From a virus, in the IMG/VR virus record IMGVR_UViG_3300020172_002676, positions 1 through 64,000 of that record: a stretch of DNA of 64,000 nucleotides. One strand, written 5' to 3'. The translations under genes were made by a program, and so were the position numbers. Below are positions 20,656-31,400 of the stretch, one piece after another (the stretch's first letter is position 1; every line of letters starts with the position of its first letter). A model generated the notes under the pieces. The model had not been told where the DNA came from. It did no database searches and worked only from the letters and a program-made list of their open reading frames with translations.

Positions 20656-22515
20656 TTATCTAATCTCGCAAGCCCCACCAGCACAAGCCAACTCACCACT
20701 CAAATCAGTTTCATCACTATGTTCAATAACTTTTGATAAATCAATTGAGTGAAGTTTTGAAAATAATTTTTCATATTCTTCTTTAGTACAATCGGTAAAA
20801 GGAGCTTGAATGTAACTTCCATTATCATATGGAAGTACAGATAATCCATTATAAAAATCTCTATTATCCCACATCCACTCACCAGCCAATTCCCAATCTT
20901 CAGGTTTCAAACTAATAGTTGCCGATACATTATGACTATTTGAACCGCTTCTGTGACCAGGTTTAATCCATTCTTGTGTAATTTTCTTAACCCTTTCTAA
21001 TAGTTGAAATGGACTTTCAGTTCTTAATATTGAACCTTCAGGTGCTTTTTGTGGAACTGAAATAACTGCAGTATCGTGTGGACGGAAAAATTCATCTTCA
21101 ACTAACTCAGGGTGATTTTCCAATAAATAAGTATAGATTGATTCATTCTTACCTACACGGATTCTACGTATATAATAATCATTATGCCAAGCGTGAATAC
21201 CTGATGATGTACCTAAAGTTAATGATGTTGTTCCTGCAGGTTTAACCGTTGTCATACGAGCAGATTTATTAATACCAATTAATTCAGCAACTCTTGTATT
21301 TTCTTCTTTAACAATTTTTGCAGCTTCTTTCATATTATAACCTAATACAACACCAGAACCAATACCTGTCATAGACACACCAATTAACGCATCTTTTTCA
21401 GTTGTTCTTTTCCAAATATCTCGAAGATAATGGAAGTTTGTATATCCCGCTTGTAATGTTCCAATGAATGCTGCCGCTTTAACACGAGCATTTAAATCTT
21501 CTTGGGATTCAATATCTGAAACATTTACTTCACATAAATTACAGAATTGGTTTGGTCTCAATGCGATTTCGCAACAAGGGTTAGTACCCCAATCTTTATC
21601 GTTTGTAAAGTAGATACCAGGTTCACCTGCTCCTGAAGCTTCAACACGTTTCCATAATTCTAAGAAGAATTCTTTTGTAATTTTGTGTCTAACTAAAGCC
21701 GCAGAGTTATTAGCTCTACCACGTTGTGGGTTAGTTTCCCACCAAGAACCTGATTTACAAGCTATCATCTCACTATCGTCAGCCGAGAATAAAGAAATAA
21801 GCGCCGCTCTACGGATACCACCAGCAAGAACTGCGTCAGCAATATGACAAACCATATCGTGAACTTCAATAGGTGTTAATTTTTCACCATCTTCTTTTGA
21901 ACTTAACATACTTTCTAATTTATGAAGACAATCTTTTAATGGTTGAGGTCCTGGTGCTTTACCACCTGAGGTTACTAATTGAGCACCTTTTGCTCTAATA
22001 TCAGAAAAATCAAAATCGGGCGATGATAATTGTTCTCCAAAGTATGATTTGAATAATACTTTAATAGCGTCAGCCCATCCTTCAATAGAATCACCAATTA
22101 AGAATCTTCTAGACCTATTTGGATTTGGTTTTCTAATCTCAGGTAATTTTTCAACGTGATGTTTTTGAACTGAATATCCAACACCAGTACCACCTAACAA
22201 TAAAAACATTGACTCAGAAAAAGCATCTAAATGGTCTATTGGTAAGTAAGCACAATTGTAAATTCTATTTGGTGAAATTTCAATTGGTTTTCCACCGAAC
22301 TGTAATGACCTCATTGAGGGTAATACTTTTTTATCATATACAAATTTGTACACTTCTTTAATCTCATCTTTTAATGATGGATAGGTTTTAATATGCATTT
22401 CCATATTACGGGTAACTAATTCATCCCACGTTTCACGTCTATTCAATTCAGGTACAAATTTTGAGTACTTCATGTAGACAGTTAATTCTGACAATATCTT
22501 TTGTGATGCGTCCAT
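20656..22515 (-). CDS. nrdJ: Class II (adenosylcobalamin-dependent) ribonucleoside-triphosphate reductase, monomeric type
   Basis: 619 aa; RRETW, VLPSMR, TNPCCEI active site, TTVKPAGT, C-terminal ACAGGACE; no beta subunit gene nearby. Confidence 0.9.
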   Translation of the reverse strand: MDASQKILSELTVYMKYSKFVPELNRRETWDELVTRNMEMHIKTYPSLKDEIKEVYKFVYDKKVLPSMRSLQFGGKPIEISPNRIYNCAYLPIDHLDAFSESMFLLLGGTGVGYSVQKHHVEKLPEIRKPNPNRSRRFLIGDSIEGWADAIKVLFKSYFGEQLSSPDFDFSDIRAKGAQLVTSGGKAPGPQPLKDCLHKLESMLSSKEDGEKLTPIEVHDMVCHIADAVLAGGIRRAALISLFSADDSEMIACKSGSWWETNPQRGRANNSAALVRHKITKEFFLELWKRVEASGAGEPGIYFTNDKDWGTNPCCEIALRPNQFCNLCEVNVSDIESQEDLNARVKAAAFIGTLQAGYTNFHYLRDIWKRTTEKDALIGVSMTGIGSGVVLGYNMKEAAKIVKEENTRVAELIGINKSARMTTVKPAGTTSLTLGTSSGIHAWHNDYYIRRIRVGKNESIYTYLLENHPELVEDEFFRPHDTAVISVPQKAPEGSILRTESPFQLLERVKKITQEWIKPGHRSGSNSHNVSATISLKPEDWELAGEWMWDNRDFYNGLSVLPYDNGSYIQAPFTDCTKEEYEKLFSKLHSIDLSKVIEHSDETDLSGELACAGGACEIR

Positions 22516-22540
22516 ATTTCTATTCTTTTGTTTATTTTTA

Positions 22541-23926
22541 TTAAATTATATTATTTTGAGGATTTTCTCTTTGTTTTCTTTTTTCTAATAATTCTTTTAC
22601 TCTATCTCGTTTTCTTTCTTCTTGTTGTTCTCCAAACCCTAAGAATGTTACAGATGATTCTGTATCTATTTCAAGTAATTCATTATTAAACTTACAATTT
22701 TCAAATACAACCCCATCCTTACCGATACGTGATTTTGTGATTGCAATTGTTGCAAGATTCATTTCTTTTTGTTGTAGTGTTTTTGCCACGGATATGATAA
22801 CGTGACCAACTTGTGCCTTCTTAATTGACCCACCCATTTGGTCTGTGGTAACAACTTCTGCAGAAATAGATGACCTATTACCTTGTGTTGCAGTCCAACC
22901 AACCAAATTTAATTCATGACACATTGCTTCAAAATGTCTCATAACAGACCCTTCAGCTTTCCATTCATCTTTACTTGAACTTTCAGGAACAACACAATCA
23001 ATATAGTCCAAAAGAACTAAATCAAGTTTTGTACCATCAGCAATCAATTTTCTAAGTTGATTTTTAATCTGCATCATAGTCATAGAATCTGAAGGAAGTT
23101 TTTTCAAGATTAACTCGTTCTTCATTGTTTCGTGAATTTCGTTAATCTTACTAATCACTTCTTCTTTGTGTTGAACAAGATTATCTGGTTCAATACCTGT
23201 CCAAAGTGTAAAGTGTTTACGTTGAACAATCTTCGGATTGTCTTCAAAAAATATTTGAATAACATTGTATCCAAGATTAAACGCTGTGTTTGCAATCTTT
23301 GTTAAGATTGTCGTCTTACCAACCCCTGTTGGAGCTAATATAACCCCTATCTCACCCTTCGCAAGTCCACCCTTAAGTAGTTTATCAATCCCTGGTATTC
23401 CCATCGGGATTGGGTGTCTAAAATCGTCATCTAAAACCGTATCAAGGTTGGAGAAGATATCGGTGATACCCGTGTCTCTTTCTCCAACTTGTAAGGCTTC
23501 TCTAACAAGTCCTTCAACTTTGTCATACGATTCAAAATCACCTTCGTTAATAATCTTTTGTGCTCTGTCCATTGCCTTCTGTAACTCTTGTTGTTTACAG
23601 AATTTCAACGCTTTTTCCTGCACAAACGTGCTTCCTTCAAATGGAGCCTCTTTAACTTGTTTAATAGTATCAATAACTATTTTAGCAACAAGTTCTTGTG
23701 AAATTTCAGATTTAACGATTTGGTCAAGAGTTTCAAAGTTAGGGGTTGACTCATATTTCGTGTGATACTCCTTAATCATTTGTAAGATAATTTTAAAGTA
23801 CTTATTATCAAAATAAGTGCTTTCAATCACATCCATAATTGATGTTGAAAATTCTTTATCTACAATAAGTTGGTTTAAAAGTTGTATCTGAAATGTGTTC
23901 CCTAAGTAATCAAAATTCTTATTCAT
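22541..23926 (-). CDS. dnaB: Replicative helicase (DnaB / T4 gp41-like)
   Basis: Walker A LAPTGVGKT, LLDYID, WTATQGNR, KSRIG. Confidence 0.92.
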   Translation of the reverse strand: MNKNFDYLGNTFQIQLLNQLIVDKEFSTSIMDVIESTYFDNKYFKIILQMIKEYHTKYESTPNFETLDQIVKSEISQELVAKIVIDTIKQVKEAPFEGSTFVQEKALKFCKQQELQKAMDRAQKIINEGDFESYDKVEGLVREALQVGERDTGITDIFSNLDTVLDDDFRHPIPMGIPGIDKLLKGGLAKGEIGVILAPTGVGKTTILTKIANTAFNLGYNVIQIFFEDNPKIVQRKHFTLWTGIEPDNLVQHKEEVISKINEIHETMKNELILKKLPSDSMTMMQIKNQLRKLIADGTKLDLVLLDYIDCVVPESSSKDEWKAEGSVMRHFEAMCHELNLVGWTATQGNRSSISAEVVTTDQMGGSIKKAQVGHVIISVAKTLQQKEMNLATIAITKSRIGKDGVVFENCKFNNELLEIDTESSVTFLGFGEQQEERKRDRVKELLEKRKQRENPQNNII

Positions 23927-23960
23927 ATGTTGTTGTTCGCTCCCTTGTTTAATTAAATAG

Positions 23961-24413
23961 TTAGTTGTTCAACTCAAAGTTCAAATATTTGTAACTTAAT
24001 TTTTCTGCTGAAAAAATGTCAGTCATATCTCTTAGAGCGTCTTTTAAAAATGGTCTTACATCAACCGTATAACGAACTTTTGGCGGATACAATTTTCCAT
24101 CAAAACTTCTATGACAAATTGTCTTGTCTCCAATTCTGATATAAATCTTAAATTCTTCCGCACCTTCAGTAAACGAAGTATTCATCACCGATGGGTCACT
24201 TATAATAGAATCAATATTATCACTCATATAGATAACCGTTTTCATTTTTAAGTGTTGTTGGAGTTCCTCTTTAAAGTATTTAAAGAAATAATATAACTCC
24301 AACGAATTTTTTGCGTTTGGGTTAAATCCCCTAACATTAAAGAATCTCTGAACTACGATATTATCGTTTAGTGTCATCAAGAATTCCATTTTGGTACTGT
24401 CCTGTTCTTTCAT
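23961..24413 (-). CDS. Hypothetical protein in replication block
   Basis: 150-aa ORF between the exonuclease and the helicase. Confidence 0.7.
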   Translation of the reverse strand: MKEQDSTKMEFLMTLNDNIVVQRFFNVRGFNPNAKNSLELYYFFKYFKEELQQHLKMKTVIYMSDNIDSIISDPSVMNTSFTEGAEEFKIYIRIGDKTICHRSFDGKLYPPKVRYTVDVRPFLKDALRDMTDIFSAEKLSYKYLNFELNN

Positions 24414-24415
24414 AT

Positions 24416-25414
24416 TTATTTTTTTGTGTTTCTTTTTTCTTTTCTTGTTAACTTCATAAATGGTGTTAGGAATTTAACCCAAGCATCATCGTTTTTTGGT
24501 AGGTACTTAAAGAGTCCATCGTCCATCATCATCCTCATTAAATTCTTATATCCTCGGTCTGATGGGTCAATCGTATCTGTTAATATTTGTTCAACTAAAA
24601 CCTTACCTTCATCAGTAATCAACGGATTACTCAAATCAATAATTCTTTTATTTGTATTATAATACTCTTCACCAAGTATAGACAATTTTGTCTTACCAAT
24701 CAAAATATTTGATAAACTTTTTATAGGTTTTTTTTGCGGGATATTTCGTGCATTATCCAAGATTTCGTCCATAGTGCAGGGTTTCTCCTGCAATTGTGGG
24801 AATAATTTAATTAAAGTTTTTTCACCCAATCCTTCTATTCCATCAATATTATCTGATTTGTCCCCTGTGAATATTTTACATAACAAAACATTATAGTGAG
24901 GAATACTAACCTTGTTAATAAGGATACTATCACCATTCTTATAATATTCTTTTGTATTGGGAGAATAAACCATAACCCTATCTGATATTAGTTGAGTTAG
25001 GTCTTTGTCTGCAGAGAAAATAATAATCTCTTCATCAATCGCAGTTTGACAATAATAAGCTATAAGGTCATCTGCCTCGTTGTTAATTATTTCAACTTGT
25101 CTTACGAATACTTCTTCAAGATATTCTTTAACCCTACTTTGCTGCGTAAGATATGATTCATATTTGAATTCATTCATATCTTGTCGTCTATTCGCCTTAT
25201 ATTGGGGGTAAATTGTTTTCCGAGTTAGTGAACTATCCTCGGCATCCCAAAAAACAACAACCTTATCGTGGTTGTGTTCTTCTAGGAATTTTCGTATTGT
25301 ATTTATAAAATGGTAAATGGCACCTAAATGACTTCCGTCACTATATAAGTCCTTTACTCCGTGGAATCCAATTTTCATTAAATTGGAACCATCAACTAAT
25401 AATGTTTTAACCAC
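24416..25414 (-). CDS. 5'-3' exonuclease / flap endonuclease (Pol I N-terminal, T4 RNase H-like)
   Basis: LLVDGSN, YKANR, EADDLIA, SADKDLTQL, GDKSDNIDGIEGLGEKT. Confidence 0.93.
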   Translation of the reverse strand: MVKTLLVDGSNLMKIGFHGVKDLYSDGSHLGAIYHFINTIRKFLEEHNHDKVVVFWDAEDSSLTRKTIYPQYKANRRQDMNEFKYESYLTQQSRVKEYLEEVFVRQVEIINNEADDLIAYYCQTAIDEEIIIFSADKDLTQLISDRVMVYSPNTKEYYKNGDSILINKVSIPHYNVLLCKIFTGDKSDNIDGIEGLGEKTLIKLFPQLQEKPCTMDEILDNARNIPQKKPIKSLSNILIGKTKLSILGEEYYNTNKRIIDLSNPLITDEGKVLVEQILTDTIDPSDRGYKNLMRMMMDDGLFKYLPKNDDAWVKFLTPFMKLTRKEKRNTKK

Positions 25415-25444
25415 ATTTCGTGTATTAAATTGTGAAACAATAAA

Positions 25445-26449
25445 CTATTCTTCTTCTTTTTCTTCCTTCAAATCAAAATCACCATCAGTACCGATGATTT
25501 CTTTCCAATACTCCGCATGTTCTGTTTTGTATTTTTCAATAGAAATCTTCTCCTCAGCAGCGTCCTTACCCGCCAAAAATCCGTGTGGTGTTACAATAAT
25601 TTTTCCGTCCTCATAACCCAAACCATTGATGTGGTTTTTCATAACAGAAACTTTTGTTCTAATTGCAAACTTAACACTTCTCTTGTCTTTGGTTGCGGTA
25701 ATCTTGTTTGTACCCGCACCTTTTTGATTACCAAATAAGAACACTAAAGATGAGTTCAACCAAATAGCCTCACCACCTTTTGCTTTAATCTTTGGTTGAC
25801 CAAATGGATTGTCAGGTAATTCAACCCAAGGTTGGTTAACAATAACCAATGTGTTTTCGTATTTTGAATCAGATTTACGAGAACCTGAAATACGTTGGTT
25901 AATACCCATACCAATTTTGTCTGCAAGTGTAGACGCGTTGTGTTGTTTACCACCTTTACCGTCAAAGGTCATTTTACAAGGTACTGAACCTACAGAATCC
26001 CATAAGAACAATAAACTATAATCTAACTCACCTTTTTCTTGTGCATCCAACAAACTATTAATGTAGTCGGTAATTTGCTCAATGTAGTTGAAATTGTTAT
26101 TAAAAATGTAAAAACCATCCCAATCTAATTCACCTGTTGCTTCATCTACAACTTCTTCACAATCAAAACCCATAAGTTTTGCGTGTTCAAAAGACCATTT
26201 TTGTTCTGTAATAATGAATACAGGTAAGATACCTTTCTTCTGAGCATCTACAGCAGCCTTAACTAATCCTGTTGTTTTTCCTGTGTCCGAATGACCTAAG
26301 AACATATTCAAATGTCCAATTGCAGGTCCTGGTAATCCAACAGCATCTAAGAAGTCAGAACCCAAATCAAAAAATCTTTGGGGTTTGTATTTTGCAGAAG
26401 TTGAGAATTTTTTCTTAACTGAACTGAAATCATTTTTTTTAATTGCCAT
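25445..26449 (-). CDS. recA: RecA/UvsX-like recombinase
   Basis: Walker A GHSDTGKT, WDSVG, IVNQ, KGGEA, KNHING. Confidence 0.88.
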   Translation of the reverse strand: MAIKKNDFSSVKKKFSTSAKYKPQRFFDLGSDFLDAVGLPGPAIGHLNMFLGHSDTGKTTGLVKAAVDAQKKGILPVFIITEQKWSFEHAKLMGFDCEEVVDEATGELDWDGFYIFNNNFNYIEQITDYINSLLDAQEKGELDYSLLFLWDSVGSVPCKMTFDGKGGKQHNASTLADKIGMGINQRISGSRKSDSKYENTLVIVNQPWVELPDNPFGQPKIKAKGGEAIWLNSSLVFLFGNQKGAGTNKITATKDKRSVKFAIRTKVSVMKNHINGLGYEDGKIIVTPHGFLAGKDAAEEKISIEKYKTEHAEYWKEIIGTDGDFDLKEEKEEE

Positions 26450-26512
26450 AGTTTTGTAAATTAATCATGTATGGTACCATACAAGATACCATACATGATG
26501 TGTTTTGTTTTA

Positions 26513-27367
26513 TTAGAATGGTAAATCACTAGAAGGTTTGTCATTAACTTGTGGGTCAACATAAGGTATTCCAGATTTCGCTCCACCAAAATTGTTGGTT
26601 TCTTGTGTTGCGTTTTCATAAACGTATCCACCTTTTTCATTATCCCATTTTGGAGTTTCTCCACGAGCAATCGCCTCAAGATAATCAACAGTTTTCTTAG
26701 AATAAACATCTAACCAAGTTAGTTCGTCATTAATCCAAGCATTTGACTGTACGTCTTCTGCGTGAAGTGGTGTTGGGTCATCGTGCATAATAGTTGATAC
26801 TGCGGTGTATTCTTTACCATTTGGAGCTTTTTGTTTGTTTAACTCAATGATTAAATCACGTCCTTTTTCAGAATCAGTGATATCACCTTTGTTTCTCCAA
26901 ATCGGAATGATTTTATCTAAAATACCATCATTCTTGTAGTTGTGTTTGAATCTCCAAAATTTTGGACCATCTTCTTCGTGGTCTCTATCTATTACCTTTA
27001 CGATATAGAACTTACGAGATTTGTATTGTTTTGCTAATTCTTTATCAGAATCTTTTCCAGTTGCCATCAACTCTTCATAAACCTCATTCAAAGGTGAACG
27101 CTCATTGTCATTTTTTCCTGGGTCATAAAATTTTTGCCATTGTCCACCAACTTGGATTTCATGATACCAAGCTTCTTTGAATGGTGAAGAACCATCTGGT
27201 GTTGGAAGGATACGTACTCTACGTTGTCCTGATTTTTCTTTATCACCTAAGATAAGAGCGAAATACTTTTTCATTCTCTCGTCTTGTGACATTTTGAACT
27301 GTGGGCCTGCCCCTTGTTGTTGTGTTTTTTCGTACTGTGCCAATACGGCGTCTAATGAACTCATCAT
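26513..27367 (-). CDS. Single-stranded DNA-binding protein (T4 gp32-like)
   Basis: RVRILP...PFKEAWYH, PLNEVY, GDITD..KGRDL, C-terminal DLPF tail; adjacent to recA. Confidence 0.85.
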   Translation of the reverse strand: MMSSLDAVLAQYEKTQQQGAGPQFKMSQDERMKKYFALILGDKEKSGQRRVRILPTPDGSSPFKEAWYHEIQVGGQWQKFYDPGKNDNERSPLNEVYEELMATGKDSDKELAKQYKSRKFYIVKVIDRDHEEDGPKFWRFKHNYKNDGILDKIIPIWRNKGDITDSEKGRDLIIELNKQKAPNGKEYTAVSTIMHDDPTPLHAEDVQSNAWINDELTWLDVYSKKTVDYLEAIARGETPKWDNEKGGYVYENATQETNNFGGAKSGIPYVDPQVNDKPSSDLPF

Positions 27368-27390
27368 ATGTTTTTTATATTAAATTGTTC

Positions 27391-27423
27391 CATAAGTATA
27401 ACACAAAATACGAAATTGTCAAA
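27391..27423 (-). promoter_or_regulatory. sigma70-like promoter heading the replication block
   Basis: Minus strand reads TTTGACA-N16-TATACTTATG (TTGACA 27422-27417, TATACT 27400-27395). Confidence 0.65.
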
Positions 27424-27452
27424 TAAAAAAGGTCACCATTGGCGACCTTTTT
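27422..27452 (-). terminator. Intrinsic terminator separating the structural genes from the replication block
   Basis: aaaaaggtcacca-t-tggcgaccttttt inverted repeat with a U tract on the minus strand. Confidence 0.75.
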
Positions 27453-27471
27453 AGATTATAGTATTTTATTA

Positions 27472-28137
27472 TTAGTATTTGTTTTCGTCTCTTTGAACAC
27501 TATTTCCTTGAAATGAATTTTTAATGTCATTTGAATTAATATCAGTTACATCGTCAGGTGTTAAAACATAATCATTTTTTCCCGTTTTTTCCATTTCATC
27601 TTTCTTATCATCAAAGAATTGTGATAATTTTTGATTAAAAGGATATGAATCATACGTTCTTAACTCTAATTTTTCTTCAGGAGTTTTTTCTCTGTATTTT
27701 TCAATTTTGTTTTCAAGAGCATTTAACTTATTCATTATCGCATCCATCTCACCTAATCTTGATTCTAACTTACCAAGTTGTCCAAATAAATTTTCAAAAT
27801 ACTCGTCTTGTTTTTTTTCAATATTTTTTTGTGAATCAACTAAATCAGTTACATCTAATTCATCTGTTCCAGTTTCATTACCTTTATCGTCTTCAGAATT
27901 ACCCTTATCATCAATCTTCTCAACGTCTGGGTCATTTGCAACATCAATTGGTTCTGCCGTTGGTGGTGCGGGTGCTGCGGGTGGTGCAGGTGCCGCTGGT
28001 GGCGGTGGAACTGTTCCCCCTTCTGGTGGTGTTAATGCTCCTAAATCAGCCGATAAATCATCCGCTTGTTCTGTTATATATTTGTTGATACTTCTGTATC
28101 TTGCAATTTCATTTAATATTTTTTTATCTAAACTCAT
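27472..28137 (-). CDS. Hypothetical acidic, Pro-rich, coiled-coil protein (possible head-internal/scaffold-type)
   Basis: 221 aa; N-terminus KKILNEIARY..I..YITEQ, PPPPAAPAPPAAPAPP tract, heptad region. Confidence 0.65.
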   Translation of the reverse strand: MSLDKKILNEIARYRSINKYITEQADDLSADLGALTPPEGGTVPPPPAAPAPPAAPAPPTAEPIDVANDPDVEKIDDKGNSEDDKGNETGTDELDVTDLVDSQKNIEKKQDEYFENLFGQLGKLESRLGEMDAIMNKLNALENKIEKYREKTPEEKLELRTYDSYPFNQKLSQFFDDKKDEMEKTGKNDYVLTPDDVTDINSNDIKNSFQGNSVQRDENKY

Positions 28138-28141
28138 TATA

Positions 28142-28366
28142 TTATCCGTTTAATAATTGTTTTATACCTCTTGAGGTTTCTACTCTAACCTTTCTATTGG
28201 CAGTTGTTTGATGACCTGCTCTTTCTATAAGACCATCTCTTTCTCTTACAGTGTAACAATCCCCTGTATCTAAGTCGCAAACTTGTTTAGTTCCGTCTCC
28301 GTTGTCTTCTTCAGAAAATCTTACCGATTTTCCAAGATAGTTGTCTAATGTTGATTTTAAGCTCAT
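28142..28366 (-). CDS. Hypothetical protein
   Basis: 74 aa; VCDLDTGDC motif; TATTTAT motif about 15 bp upstream. Confidence 0.7.
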   Translation of the reverse strand: MSLKSTLDNYLGKSVRFSEEDNGDGTKQVCDLDTGDCYTVRERDGLIERAGHQTTANRKVRVETSRGIKQLLNG

Positions 28367-28405
28367 ATAAATCTTTCTATATAAATATATCGTTTAGGTG
28401 TTAAA

Positions 28406-31400
28406 TTAAAGAATAATATATTCCATCTTAAATGGTAATAAAACATCTTGTGGATTCTTAACTTTATCAAGTGGAATTGCTCTTACATAAAAAGTAACAT
28501 TAACTTTACCACCACTATAACTATTAATTACCGCAGGACTTAATCCTAAAACATTAAGTAAGAATTGATTTTGGTCCATTGTAAACACATTACCCGAAAC
28601 AAAACTAGTATTTGGTACGTTTGTCAAAACGGTTGATTGTTTTAGTATCTCTATGTTTTGTGTGTTATTTGGTCCTGCAACAACTTTAGTAATATTATAA
28701 ACATATTGTGGTAAATTCCATATATCCCAAACTCCAACATTAGGGGCAACTTGTACACTTAATGTTCCGTCTAAGGTAGTACTTGAAATTAAAGTTACTG
28801 GTGATGGGTTTGTATTGGCCGCAGAAGTTGAATTCGGTAATGATGGTACTCCAGGTAATGATTGTTGTGGGTTATAGGTAAATAAAGTACTACTTACACC
28901 ATTTCCGTATTTTGTTCTAACACTAATTGTATTAGTTTGAATTACTAAAGTAGGACTCTTCGGTACTATTACCGATATATTGCTATCAGTATAAACAGTA
29001 ATACCTGTAGTTGTTAAAACATTATTAATGGTAACTCCTGTTGTTGTTTCAAAACCAGTTCCAACAATATTCAAAATAGTATTATTAACGCCAATATTAG
29101 GTGAGAATGATTTTATTGTTGGTGGAGGGCACGCAACAGGTACAGTTGTAGTTGTATTAAGATTATTTGGTGTTGGTGTTTTTCCAGCGTTAAGGTCGGC
29201 AATTTTTTGTTTTTGTATTTCATCTGCGGTTCTAGCACCTTTAACGGACTCAACATTTAATCTAACTTCTCCCGCAGAAGAATATCCTTCATTAGTAGTT
29301 TTAATTAATTTTGTATATTCATTAATATGTGAATCATAATAACTTGTTGAAACCGCATTATTACTATTTTCACCAGGCCAAGAACAAGCATAAAATTTAG
29401 GTATTGACAGTCCATCAACAAATATTTGGTCAATTCTTGGTAATAATCTTGCAATCATAAAATCAACAAAGTCTTCAACATTTTTAAAATTTGCAACAGG
29501 TTGTGAAGTTGTCGTACCTTTTGAATTTGGAACGTTAACACAAGAATATTGTTTTTGTATAAACTTATCACTTGTTAATCCAAAATCGTAGTTTAATTCG
29601 ACCGCAGCATAATTGTTATTATATCCATAAAATGTACCTCCTTTAAATGTTCTAATATAACACATAATATAAATAAAAACTTGTAAATTTTCATTTGCTG
29701 TTCTTTGTGTTATAACATCTGCAAGTTGTTGTGGTGATAATGATGTTGTCTTAGATTCTACAACTTCCCAAGTACTGTATTGAGTATTTAAATTGTTTGA
29801 ACACGAATTTTGTGCTGCAGCACTATTATCACCACTCTGTGAAAGTAATGCGGATTTATTAATATTAGTTATTGGTTTGTCAGTAACACTATCTTTTTTA
29901 GATTTAACAATGTTCTCAATTTCTGTTAAAACATTTTGATTAATACTTTGTAAAAGATTATCTATTGATGGTAAATCATATATTCCTTGTCTAATACCAC
30001 CAAACCTTGTTTGAAAACTTCCCGCAGTTATAGTATGATTAACTTCAGTAACCATATATGGACCATTAAACATTGGTACGTGTCTAAGATTAAAATACAT
30101 TGTTGGTTGTAATAACGCATTACCCAAACAAGTCACATCACATTTATAACTTCTTTGTTTATAAAGATTATATAAACTAACATTTTGTGTTGTGGTGTTT
30201 TTTCCATTTGCTTGGTCAACCATATCTAATTGAGCCTGAATTGATTCAGATGTTGCCTTTCCACTATCCATTGACACATTAAATGAATAAAAAATATTTT
30301 GATTTCTGATTCCAATATCAACATTAAATCCAACACATTTATTTGAAACCGCCCAATCTTTTTTTCCGACTTGATTTTCAATTAGTGGATTTTCCGAAGC
30401 CCTTCTTAATTCAAATCCATCATCTCTATATCTTGAATTACCCTTTGGTAAATCTAAGTGTGTTGATGGGATTCCAACATAAAAACAAATTAATTTAGGT
30501 CCAGATTTTCTATAATCAACATCTAAAAATGTTCCCCACATATTGTTAGCAAATTGTAAACTACCCTCTGGTTGTGGTATTGTTGTACCATCAACCTCTT
30601 GGACATTATAAAAGTTAACATATGCAGGTAATGGCATTACATTAAATTTATTTTGAATTAAAATACCACTTATGAATGTAAAAACACTCATTGACATATT
30701 AAGTGACTTTTCAGTTAACTTATCTTTTAAAGAAAAAATATCAATAATAACAGTATCCCCAATATTCCTTGATGCCCTATCTAAGAATAACATATCTTCA
30801 AACAATGTTTTTGTTTTAAAATCCCCACCAGCAATCCACTTGTCGTTTAAGGCTTTGAACATTTCATAATTTTCAACTTTACTTTGTGTACCATCAATAA
30901 CACTTCTAATTGTTTTTTCGGGTAATTCTTGTTGGTTTGGTAATTCGGCTCTAACTTTACCTAGAATTTGATTTAATAAAATTGTTTGTAATCCACTTGT
31001 GCCTTGTAGGTATGTGTTAAGTCTGGTTTTAAATTCAGAACTTGTCAATGTTGGAGTATACAACTTTTGAGTTGCATACATTTTAATAAGTGGTGAACAT
31101 AAAACAATATTATCAACGGTAAAACCTATATTATTATCAATAAAAAAATCGGTAATATACGAACCATTATCATCATACCTAAGATTTGCAATTGTTGAGA
31201 ATCCTACTTCTGTTTCTAACGCTGTCCATTCAAGTGAAAAATTAGTTTTAGATTGAATTAAAGTAGTAGTATTAGTTTTTGATGGTAATGTATTATTAAC
31301 ATACGGTGTAAAAATTATAGGGTCAGTAATTGTTGAACTACCACCATTAGAAGCCAAAAAGGAATCAAACACTCTTCGTTTATAATTTGCAGGATTACCA

